A stretch of 64,000 bases of DNA from Acutalibacter sp. (GCA_022511515.1 JAFLRP010000128.1:3851-67850); one strand, 5' to 3'; shown: positions 9,403 to 17,894, counted from the stretch's first letter. Made by a program: numbers and translations. Notes: generated by a model from the letters alone, not told the origin.

Positions 9403-9712
9403 AAAAGCACCACCTGTAAGATTATTTCGGCAATTTTTGGGTTTATTCATATTATAGCCGAAATGAGCTGTACAGTCAACAAAATTTCGGCAGATTTATG
9501 ATATAGACAAAAACCTGCCGAAATATCACTGATAAACTCTATTCTGTCAGGTAATGGGAGCAGGGAAGGATAAGGATAGCGAAGAAAATGTGGAAGAGAT
9601 TTCTGTGTAACGGTATAGACGAGAGATCGTTCTTGAGAGAAATACCTTGACATTTTTTTCGCGTCAACGATATTCTGATACTAATTGATCCTAATAATTA
9701 TCGGAGGACGGT

Positions 9713-10715
9713 ATGGACATTAAGAAATTCACGGAAATGCTTTGGGACGATAACTTTGCGAATTATTCGAGAATGGAATCTAAATACGAAGAAGTTTTTC
9801 GGACTTTTTGCAGACCTTAGAGGAACTGTATTATATTTCATTACCCCTTTTCGATTTTTGGGGTAAAAATGTTGTCTATCTTGAACCTCGCGGAGCGATC
9901 AGTCAGAGCTCTGTAAAACTGCTGCTGCAACTACAGAATCAGCGTTATGGCATCAAAGCGATTGAGGACGAAATTGTTGCAACCTTGGCGATTGATCACA
10001 TTAACGTCAACCGGGATAGTGTGCGCCGAATTCTCAAGGGAATGGCACCGAAGGACGAACAGGAGAATAGAATTGTCGGGCTCAAAAATGGGTTCGAGTT
10101 TATTGCCGATCCCGCTCACAAAATTACGGAAGAAAATCTGCATCGGCTCTATCTGATGACGGTGAATGATTTTCTGTCCGACGATTTGAAATGGGAGGAA
10201 GACTATCTATACGGACACAAAAAGTTTTACGTTGTCGGCGATCGCTAAAACCATCCCGGAGTGGACCCGGAAACCTTACAGGGGTTCATGAAGGTGCTAC
10301 TTGAGCTCATTCAGTGCGAGGACAAGATTAACGATCTTCTGAAAGCCTCGATTGTTCATTTTTATCTTCAATTTCTTCATCCGTATTTTAGCGGCAACGG
10401 AAGAATGGCTCGGCTGGTTCATCTGTGGTTTTTGATTCAAAAGGGGTATCAGTCAGCATTGTTTATTCTTTTTTCCAGTCAAATCGAAAAAGCCGCAAGG
10501 CATATTATGATGCTCTTGCGGCTGTGGAAGATAACAGGAAGTACAGTGGCAGAATCGATGTGACGCCGTTCCTACTGTATTTCATCGACAATGTTTACAA
10601 CAAGCTGAAGGAAGGTTCGACCCCGCTGGAAACCTTAATCGCATATGAAAAGGCCGTGAAAGATAGCAAGATCACAGGAAAGAAAACAAAGCTCTGGAAA
10701 TCTGTTTTGTCCTAA
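9713..10715 (+). pseudogene. Fic-domain (Fido) gene, decayed
   Basis: The Fic motif HPYFSGNGRMARL lies in the third fragment. The reading frame is broken by a shift near 9800-9810, an in-frame TAA at 10246 and a second shift between ~10440 and 10560, giving four fragments. GGAGGA precedes the ATG at 9713. Confidence 0.7.
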
Positions 10716-10906
10716 AGTTTCAGGACTTAGGTCTTCTCTCTTCCGCAAAGTACGGGGCGAGGATCAAGTATCGGGTAGCGGGATAGAGAGAGGTTCTTTG
10801 CGGACTCACAAATAGTGTGGTCTTCGTATGAGAGAAATTGACGCTAAATATATTCGAAAAGGTCTCCGTTACCGCAAAATTGCTATGATGGACGGGACGG
10901 TAAGCC

Positions 10907-11497
10907 GTGGTGGACATACACAGTATTGTGGGGATTTGCCACCATCGGGCGCATCCGGGATATGTTACGGTGAAGCTGTTTGAAAAGCACAAGTGTCTTG
11001 AGAAAAACTGCCAGTTCCTGAAAAAGTTCGAGGAGTATCCCTTTTGGGTGAAACAAGCAAATAGACAGAGGGATAAAGAAAATAAGCGAGCCAAAGCAAA
11101 CCGTGCAAAAGCAAGGAAAACAGCTGAACAAGCAGCGGTGGAGAGTCGCACTGCGCTTTTGAAAACTGTAGCACAGGAAACAGCCGTCCGCCTGGGATTT
11201 CCTATTATCATCACGAGGGTATCGTCGCAAGCAGATCGAAAGGGCTACTATATCATCAATTATGTATCAGAGGAGCGCCACCCCGATTGGAGCGACTATT
11301 TTGATCTTGCTTTAGAAATGCGAAGACAGTTTGGAGGCAAATACACGCTTCGCCATGTTCGAAGTATATCGGGTCGATTTATGACCATATCCGAATGGGA
11401 AGAGGCGACAGGGAAAATGACGGGAAGAAGTAAAAAACACCGGGAATGGGCAAAGGGTTTGCGGAGGACAATCCTCCCATTGCTTGTATGCCATTAG
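10907..11497 (+). CDS. hypothetical protein (Cys/His-rich N-terminus, basic coiled middle)
   Basis: This is a 196-codon ORF with a GTG start and a protein-like composition. I do not recognise a family. Confidence 0.45.
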   Translation: MVDIHSIVGICHHRAHPGYVTVKLFEKHKCLEKNCQFLKKFEEYPFWVKQANRQRDKENKRAKANRAKARKTAEQAAVESRTALLKTVAQETAVRLGFPIIITRVSSQADRKGYYIINYVSEERHPDWSDYFDLALEMRRQFGGKYTLRHVRSISGRFMTISEWEEATGKMTGRSKKHREWAKGLRRTILPLLVCH

Positions 11498-11526
11498 ATA
11501 TCTTTCTACAAAAATCGACATTCCTC

Positions 11527-11555
11527 TTGAATTTATAAAACCTACAGGTTATAAT
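11527..11555 (+). promoter_or_regulatory. sigma-A-like promoter upstream of the AT-rich operon
   Basis: TTGAAT, a 17-nt spacer, then TATAAT. Such hexamers are frequent in AT-rich DNA, so support is weak. Confidence 0.3.
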
Positions 11556-11648
11556 GTATTTATATTTGTAAAGATATATAATAACAATAATATATAGTAA
11601 AACTATAGTGTATAAAAACTACCATTTTTAAGGGATGCACACAATAAA

Positions 11649-11825
11649 ATGATCAGTCCGTCCCCTTGTTTTTCACAATGGTTTGAAGGCAATATACGGG
11701 TTCTTCCATGCGATGATAACTCTATTGAAAACCTTTTCTATAAAGATGTAACTAGATTTTTGTTTATTCAAAATAAAAAGTTGAATATGTATTTTTTTCA
11801 ACAAAAGGAGAGGTATGTGAAATGA
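11649..11825 (+). CDS. 58-aa small ORF, possibly translationally coupled (ATGA) to the first operon gene
   Basis: My own translation is MISPSPCFSQWFEGNIRVLPCDDNSIENLFYKDVTRFLFIQNKKLNMYFFQQKERYVK. It falls below the ORF-track length cut-off. It stays open for 58 codons in ~30% G+C DNA, and its stop overlaps the ATG at 11822. There is no good RBS. Confidence 0.2.
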   Translation: MISPSPCFSQWFEGNIRVLPCDDNSIENLFYKDVTRFLFIQNKKLNMYFFQQKERYVK

Positions 11826-12472
11826 ATGAAAAAGATATTATATCTTCTGAAACAACAAATATTGCACTGTCTGCGGCTAGCTCTTTGGTAGGTTTTGCAA
11901 TTGGCGGTCCTGTGGGGGCAGTTGTTGGAGGTATCATGACACCTACTGTGAAATTGACTCACCTATTGATTAGTTCATGGTATGAAAGGCGTCAAGCGCG
12001 GATTACAAGTGTTGTAGAAGAAGCATTTGCAAGCTCAGGAAGAGAAGAAGAAGATATACTTCAGGAACTGTTAGAAAAGCCAGAATGGGCAGATTCTGTT
12101 GTCTCTATTATTCAACAATTAGTTTATACCGATCCAGAATTAGATAAATTATTCGCTAAAATTCTGGCTTCAGCTATAAAAACGGATGATGATAATGAGA
12201 GAAATCGATTAATAGTGCTTAACAGTTCTATTAAAGGATTGAATAGTGTTCAAGTTCAGATTGTAAGATGTCTATTTGTAGAAAAAAATGGTACGCTATC
12301 TGCTACAGAAATTTCAAAAAAGGTTAATGTTCCAGAAATAGATTTGAGAAATGCGGTTAGGGACTTGGAGCTAAGAGGGATGATCATTGATAATAGAACG
12401 GAACCCACAGTCTGGAAGCTGAGGGAATTAGGGATCGCTGTAGCAAAAGCAATTGATGTTTTGGAGGTGTAA
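11822..12472 (+). CDS. glycine-zipper (GxxxGxxxGxxxG) protein with C-terminal winged-helix domain
   Basis: SLVGFAIGGPVGAVVGGIM forms a GxxxG ladder. The C-terminal LSATEISKKVNVPEIDLRNAVRDLELRGMIIDNR looks like a MarR/wHTH fold. The RBS is AGGAGAGG. Confidence 0.7.
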   Translation: MNEKDIISSETTNIALSAASSLVGFAIGGPVGAVVGGIMTPTVKLTHLLISSWYERRQARITSVVEEAFASSGREEEDILQELLEKPEWADSVVSIIQQLVYTDPELDKLFAKILASAIKTDDDNERNRLIVLNSSIKGLNSVQVQIVRCLFVEKNGTLSATEISKKVNVPEIDLRNAVRDLELRGMIIDNRTEPTVWKLRELGIAVAKAIDVLEV

Positions 12473-12474
12473 AA

Positions 12475-13617
12475 ATGGAGTATATGTATTTTAATAATGC
12501 AGGCGCAGGAATAATGAGTCCTGCAACCTATAAAACTGTGCTTGATCATATGGCCCTTGAAATGAAGATTGGCGGATATGCAGCCGCTAATGTTAAAAGT
12601 GATGAGGTGAATCAATTTTACTCACTTGCTGCTAATTTATTAAACGCCCGCTCAAAGGACGAAATAGCATTTATTGATAGTGCCAGTCGAGGTTGGAATC
12701 TGGTTATGTACGGGTTAAATATTTCTAAGGCTGATACGATTGTTACTTTAGCGAGTGAGTATGGAACCAATCTACTAACTATCTATGACATTGCAAACAA
12801 GACATGTTGTGGTGTTAAAATTGTTAAGTGTGATGATAAAGGAATCTTCAATCTCGAGGATGTTGAGCAAGCATTAATAAGTGGAGGTACTATTTTGGCT
12901 GTTAGTCATGTTGCAGCTCAAGGTTCTATTGTTAATCCAGTTATTGAACTTGGCGCGCTTGCTAAAAAATACAATGTAACATATATTGTGGATGGATGTC
13001 AGGCAGTAGGGCAGATAAGAGTAGATGTTCAGCAAATAAATTGTTGTGCGTATATTACTGCTGGTCGTAAATGGTTGAGAGGTCCCCGAGGTACTGGTAT
13101 TTTATATGTGAGAAAAGATGCACCGATTCATACCCCACAAATTGACTTGGCATCTGCAGATTTGGTTTTTGATGAATTAGGAGAGGTGATAGATGTTAAA
13201 ATTCGAGAAGATGCGAAACAATTTGAATTATGGGAAAAAAGCACGGCGTCTCTATTAGGCTTGAGGAACGCTATTCAAGAGTATTTAGACTTTGGCATTG
13301 AAAATGCAGAGAAAGAAATATATGAAAAGGCTAATTATATTAGGAAATCTATCGTTAACAATCCTAATCTTTCATTAGTGGGAAGTGAGGTTTCTTCTTC
13401 TGGAGTGGTCGGATTTTATGTAAAAAACCCCCAGAGCGAAAACCTTGTTAAAGAAAGACTTGAAAAGCACAACTTTATTATTTCCTACATTTGCGATTGG
13501 GATTGCCCTATTTTCTTTCCCAAAAATGGAATTCATTATGTCTTCCGAATTTCGCCCCATTATTATACTAGTAAAGAGGAAATCCAAGCCATTTGTCAAT
13601 TAATTCAGGAATTATAA
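12475..13617 (+). CDS. class V aminotransferase-fold PLP-dependent enzyme (cysteine desulfurase/epimerase-like)
   Basis: FNNAGAGIMS, VSHVAAQGSIVNPV and IVDGCQAVGQIRVDV are present. AGRKWLRGPRGTGILYV is the PLP-lysine loop pattern. The RBS is GGAGGTG. Confidence 0.8.
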   Translation: MEYMYFNNAGAGIMSPATYKTVLDHMALEMKIGGYAAANVKSDEVNQFYSLAANLLNARSKDEIAFIDSASRGWNLVMYGLNISKADTIVTLASEYGTNLLTIYDIANKTCCGVKIVKCDDKGIFNLEDVEQALISGGTILAVSHVAAQGSIVNPVIELGALAKKYNVTYIVDGCQAVGQIRVDVQQINCCAYITAGRKWLRGPRGTGILYVRKDAPIHTPQIDLASADLVFDELGEVIDVKIREDAKQFELWEKSTASLLGLRNAIQEYLDFGIENAEKEIYEKANYIRKSIVNNPNLSLVGSEVSSSGVVGFYVKNPQSENLVKERLEKHNFIISYICDWDCPIFFPKNGIHYVFRISPHYYTSKEEIQAICQLIQEL

Positions 13618-13651
13618 ATTGTCTTTTTAATAGACGCAGAGGATAACGAAT

Positions 13652-14698
13652 ATGAACAATTATCAGACAATACTAAGTAGGAATTTGCCACAGTACGCCG
13701 AAAATGAACAGGTTTGTATTACAGGAGTTATTTGTAAAAAATGGGGAAGCAAAAATCATTTTGGCATATCTGTTAAGGATATAACCGGGACTGTTAGTAT
13801 AAGTTTTTTCAATAGTACAAAAGGTTATTCTAAGGAGTTATTTGCTATCGGAAACCGAATACGGATATATGCTAGTGTTTGCATTGATCGCAGAGGTTCT
13901 AAATGTCTTGGTAATGTTGATAACGTGGAATTTCTTGAGGAAATCAGTCAGTTCAATAAAGAATTTGATATTCTTGAACAGGAATCACTCGTAATGCTGA
14001 GCATAATTAGCAATAAGATATGTGCACAATTAGTTAATCTTGGTTATATTGAAGTAAGTACGCGTGTTATATCAAGATTTTTAGGAGAAGAATTACTGGA
14101 GCCCCTTTTTGCAGAGTACCCCGGCTTTGGTACTCCAGCATACTTATCTCCTTCACCCTCATCTCAATTGTCGGAATTTTTAGCTGTCACATTATTACCA
14201 AAAGTGTTTACCGAAACAATTTCTTTTACTACAAGTCATCGTTTTCCGAATGGCTCAACTGAAATGCCAATTATTATGGCAAAAGCTATTAACATGCACA
14301 AGGCCGAAGAAAAAAATGCTGTTCTTCGCATTTCAAAAAGTATCGTTAACTCATTGTCAGATAAGACATTTCAAGTAGATACCATCTTTGGCAATTGGGA
14401 CGATGTATCACCGTTGAACCAAAATCGTACTAATGGCACTTTTACATACGGTATATATTCGTCCAATATTCCAACCGTTGGTCGCAAATGGAATTCCGTG
14501 GTTTGTACCATTTACAGATTTGAGGATGATAAAGGGAATTTATTAGTAGAAGGTTCAACTGAAGCAATAAATGATACTACAAGTATCACTACCTTTACAT
14601 TCTATCCTTCGCAATTTTTGAATTGGATATCAAAGGCACCGAAACGCCAGCTACTCAACTTGTGGAAGATGTATGACGGAGGAAGTATATATGGCTGA
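13652..14698 (+). CDS. class IIb aminoacyl-tRNA synthetase paralogue (Asp/Asn/Lys-RS-like), apparently catalytically degenerate
   Basis: It shows an N-terminal OB-fold pattern VCITGVICKKWGSKNHFGISVKDITGTVSISFF. Motif-1-like LGYIEVSTRVIS and YLSPSPSSQL are present. Motif 2 is replaced by SFTTSHR, and the protein ends at ...DGGSIYG, where motif 3 should lie. It is only 348 aa. Confidence 0.6.
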   Translation: MNNYQTILSRNLPQYAENEQVCITGVICKKWGSKNHFGISVKDITGTVSISFFNSTKGYSKELFAIGNRIRIYASVCIDRRGSKCLGNVDNVEFLEEISQFNKEFDILEQESLVMLSIISNKICAQLVNLGYIEVSTRVISRFLGEELLEPLFAEYPGFGTPAYLSPSPSSQLSEFLAVTLLPKVFTETISFTTSHRFPNGSTEMPIIMAKAINMHKAEEKNAVLRISKSIVNSLSDKTFQVDTIFGNWDDVSPLNQNRTNGTFTYGIYSSNIPTVGRKWNSVVCTIYRFEDDKGNLLVEGSTEAINDTTSITTFTFYPSQFLNWISKAPKRQLLNLWKMYDGGSIYG

Positions 14699-16577
14699 TA
14701 ATTATAGCATTGTAGAGCCGTTAGGTAATCAAGATCGAGACACCAAACTTGAACGATATTGGAAGAGTTTTGAAGGCAAATATGGACTTAGAACATCACG
14801 TATAATTCAATTTGATCCTTACGCTTCAATGTCAAGATCTCCAGTTCAGTATAAACTGGAGAAGTTCAATCTAAATAGGGATATCCCCAGTCAAGAATGG
14901 ATTAGAGACAATTTGAAACAGTTTATTCGAGAAGAGATAATGGTGTCTGCTTCCGAGATACCTCAATATTTTTCTCCCGAAATAGATGGCGAAATAATTC
15001 TTCCAGACGAATATCTTACTGATTTTTTGCATAATAGTGAATGGGATAATTTTTTGAAAGTTGAGCTGCCAAAAGATGATACTGATTCAGAGATGGCTAA
15101 TTGCATTTATAGACTCTTATGCAATCCTCAAATAGGGTCATCGAAAAATGCAGTCAATAACGACGAATCAGAATTTATTAACCACATTCTTCCCTTGATT
15201 GAGCAAAGAAAGCGTCTTCTATTTGTATTACCGGGTTTTCCATTTAAGGACCAGAACAAGTTTCGGGTTCCTTATGATGCGGCTCGCATTGATTTTAGCG
15301 AAATATCTTTCATAATACGTTTGCATAATCTCATTCAATCCTTATATCAAGTTCATCCATTTGGAGCGGAAGCGATCGTACTTTCTGATGGTCGCTTATA
15401 TCAGGATATCTTCTATATAGATCCCATAGAAGTAGAAGAGTACCAATGGAGATTACATGACTATAGAAATAAGCTGAACATTCAGGGGGATGTTTCCATT
15501 ATCGACTTGATGGATTTAATAGAGCGAGCAAATGAAGATGGAGAGATAACAAAATTGATCCAACATCTGGAAACTGTTATTTCAAATGATTATGCGCAAG
15601 AAGATTTTTTTCTTAATCTTATTCAGGGCATGAAATGGAACTTGAATTCAAGAAAGCTTCTCAAAGATTATGATGACATTGATTCATGGAATATAATTAA
15701 GAGTAATCGCTGTGATGTTAGAAGGGATTTGCTTAAAATTTGGAATGATTATCATAATATTGCAAAAGAAGCCGCAGTAAGATATGCGGCTGTTAATCTA
15801 ATGTTGAAGTGGACTGACTTGATTCGGAAATTTTTTCCTGAATCTATTAGGTGTACTGTCCATGCAAAAAAGAATCAATTTGCATTAGCAAAGAGTTACG
15901 CTTGGAATGGTATTGCATGGTCAGAAAGGTGGCCAAAGACATTGAGGGATATTACTACAGTACCATTTTACATGTTAGGAAAGTATGTTAAAGTTAAACT
16001 TGCAACGTTTCAAAGCACGAAGTTTCCTTGCTTTTTTACAACAGAGCGGTATAATCAAAATTTAGATTATGCGAAAAACATTCTTGAAGCAGATGGGTGG
16101 AATGTAGACAATATTTTTGGAAGAGAATTTAACATTTTTGATTTAGCGGAATTTGTTGAACTTGGTAGAGATGATGAAAATTTTGCATGGGAAAAGAAAG
16201 AAATGTCTGAAGAGTACTATAAAGCGCTACTTCAATTCCGCATTGGCCATTATAAAAAGTACGGTTTCGGTGTACATGCTATATTTATGGATGGTAATCT
16301 TATAGGCCAGATGGGATTACAGGTATTAGATGAGCAGAAAAACCAGATAGAATATGTAATCTTTCTCGGAAAAGATTATGTGCATAAGGGAATTGGCTCT
16401 AAACTATTGAAATATTTATTTTCTAGGTGCAAGGAAGAAGGTCTTACGACTGTGTTTGGCGTGATTCGTAGTGATAACGATATTTCAAGACACATTGTGG
16501 AGAAATTCGGAGGGAAAATGGTTAGGACAATGGCTCATTATCATCAATCTGGAGTTTTATATGAGATCGAACTATGA
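14691..16577 (+). CDS. DIT1/PvcA-family (isonitrile synthase / N-formyl-tyrosine family) domain fused to a C-terminal GNAT acetyltransferase
   Basis: LLFVLPGFPFKDQNKF...LYQVHPFGAEAIVLSDGRLYQDIF...EVEEYQ aligns by eye with PvcA IHFVLPAFPAKSPN...YAPGARLTICSDGRVFSD. FPESIRCTVHAKKNQ matches FP..LRLSIHPQ. The GNAT motif A is YVHKGIGSKLL. The start at 14691 has GGAGG 7 nt upstream and overlaps the previous stop by 8 nt. Confidence 0.7.
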   Translation: MADNYSIVEPLGNQDRDTKLERYWKSFEGKYGLRTSRIIQFDPYASMSRSPVQYKLEKFNLNRDIPSQEWIRDNLKQFIREEIMVSASEIPQYFSPEIDGEIILPDEYLTDFLHNSEWDNFLKVELPKDDTDSEMANCIYRLLCNPQIGSSKNAVNNDESEFINHILPLIEQRKRLLFVLPGFPFKDQNKFRVPYDAARIDFSEISFIIRLHNLIQSLYQVHPFGAEAIVLSDGRLYQDIFYIDPIEVEEYQWRLHDYRNKLNIQGDVSIIDLMDLIERANEDGEITKLIQHLETVISNDYAQEDFFLNLIQGMKWNLNSRKLLKDYDDIDSWNIIKSNRCDVRRDLLKIWNDYHNIAKEAAVRYAAVNLMLKWTDLIRKFFPESIRCTVHAKKNQFALAKSYAWNGIAWSERWPKTLRDITTVPFYMLGKYVKVKLATFQSTKFPCFFTTERYNQNLDYAKNILEADGWNVDNIFGREFNIFDLAEFVELGRDDENFAWEKKEMSEEYYKALLQFRIGHYKKYGFGVHAIFMDGNLIGQMGLQVLDEQKNQIEYVIFLGKDYVHKGIGSKLLKYLFSRCKEEGLTTVFGVIRSDNDISRHIVEKFGGKMVRTMAHYHQSGVLYEIEL

Positions 16578-16589
16578 AAGGAGCATATA

Positions 16590-17009
16590 ATGCCTGTTTG
16601 CTATATAACATTATCAGAAATCAAACCAGAACTAACTAACGAAGAAATTCAATGTATAAGAAAAATAGTAGCAAAGGGATTGGATTCGACTTCCAAAAAA
16701 CTTGATGAGACACATATTGTTACACGTACGCATTATTCAAGTCGAGAATCTATGCTAGGTGATATCGAGATTGATATTTTTTCGCAATTATATTTAAGGC
16801 GACTATTCTCAAGAGATAAACGAGCAAACTATATTTCAAAGCAAATTTCGGAATTTTTAGGATGTTGCTGCGCAACTTGGATAAATATGGAGATTGTTGG
16901 TTATTCAAGGGTTGCACTCGACGGTAATGTTTTCTATTCGGACTCCGATAATTTTTTCGTTCGTCTTTTTCAAAGGGTTAGAGGTGTATCTACACACAAG
17001 AACAAGTAG
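16590..17009 (+). CDS. 139-aa protein; possible tautomerase-superfamily member (N-terminal Pro1, two beta-alpha-beta units)
   Basis: MPVCYITLSEIKPELTNEEIQCIRKIVAKGL resembles the 4-OT-type MPxxxIxL...helix pattern. The RBS is AAAGGAG. The functional call is weak. Confidence 0.55.
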   Translation: MPVCYITLSEIKPELTNEEIQCIRKIVAKGLDSTSKKLDETHIVTRTHYSSRESMLGDIEIDIFSQLYLRRLFSRDKRANYISKQISEFLGCCCATWINMEIVGYSRVALDGNVFYSDSDNFFVRLFQRVRGVSTHKNK

Positions 17010-17353
17010 TGAAATTGCATGTCTGGAGATATCTTTCTTTGTGCGCAGTTTTTCTGCATCAACTTATATAAGTCATCTTAATGTTCTAAACTACGAAAAG
17101 TGCTTTTGCTTATCTGCAATAAGAAAAAATGATCCTATGTCTCGGTTTACCAAAAGCGAAGTCCTTCTATTCCTTCTTAAGAATTGCGCAATTCAGATCA
17201 TTTCCCCTATTATTTCTTTGAACAGTATCTATATGAAGATCAATTATTGGAAAAGTCAATGCGTACAATTTATCTGTTCTTTTTGAACCATTTTCTTCAC
17301 CGCTGGTTAGGCCAATTATTTACGTGATGTTAAGTCCTTTCCAAAAACTATAC

Positions 17354-17375
17354 AGGTGGTAGTACACTACCACCT
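17354..17375. repeat. perfect 22-bp palindrome AGGTGGTAGTACACTACCACCT
   Basis: I read it directly from the sequence. It lies in the non-coding tract between the AT-rich operon and the tyrosine integrase. Confidence 0.6.
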
Positions 17376-17558
17376 AGCAAAACTTTGATATACTGTCTTT
17401 GTTGTCTATGTCCATTCTGACCAAGGCAGAGCACCTATTCCGGGTATCATTTCTTACTTTGTCACCCATCGGCTGAGGTTTCTGTTTTTTCCAGAGCGTT
17501 ATACTCTCACACTTTCCTGTTTCGTGCCATTAGCCAGTCACAGAAAATGGTCATTTAC

Positions 17559-17601
17559 AAAAAGATCCGGGGTTTTGATGTTCAAAACCCCGGATCTTTT
17601 T
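17559..17601. terminator. strong bidirectional terminator hairpin
   Basis: AAAAAGATCCGGGGTTTTGA-TGT-TCAAAACCCCGGATCTTTTT has ~20-bp perfect arms flanked by A and T tracts. Confidence 0.65.
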
Positions 17602-17723
17602 GCATTATTACATTACCCGCTCCTCCAACATTTTGAAAGATATCATACGGCTTACATCTGTATGTTCTTCACCTGTGCAAAAACTGTACAGTTTATTGAT
17701 TTTTGACTAAGATGAAGTCTTAT

Positions 17724-17894
17724 CTATTCTTGCGAATGTTCCTCAAGTCTTTGCAACAGCTTTCCTTTTTGTTCCTGCGAACAGTCCATTTTTTGCAGAA
17801 AATACGAAATCACCTCCGCGTGGACGGTAGCCACCCGTTTTTGCAGTTCCTGCTGACCTTTTCCCGTCTTGGGCAAGTGAAAAATCAAATTCAA
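17724..17894 (-). CDS. 56-aa small ORF immediately downstream of the integrase (below track cut-off)
   Basis: My own translation is LNLIFHLPKTGKGQQELQKRVATVHAEVISYFLQKMDCSQEQKGKLLQRLEEHSQE. It looks protein-like. It has a TTG start with no clear RBS. Confidence 0.3.
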   Translation of the reverse strand: MNLIFHLPKTGKGQQELQKRVATVHAEVISYFLQKMDCSQEQKGKLLQRLEEHSQE

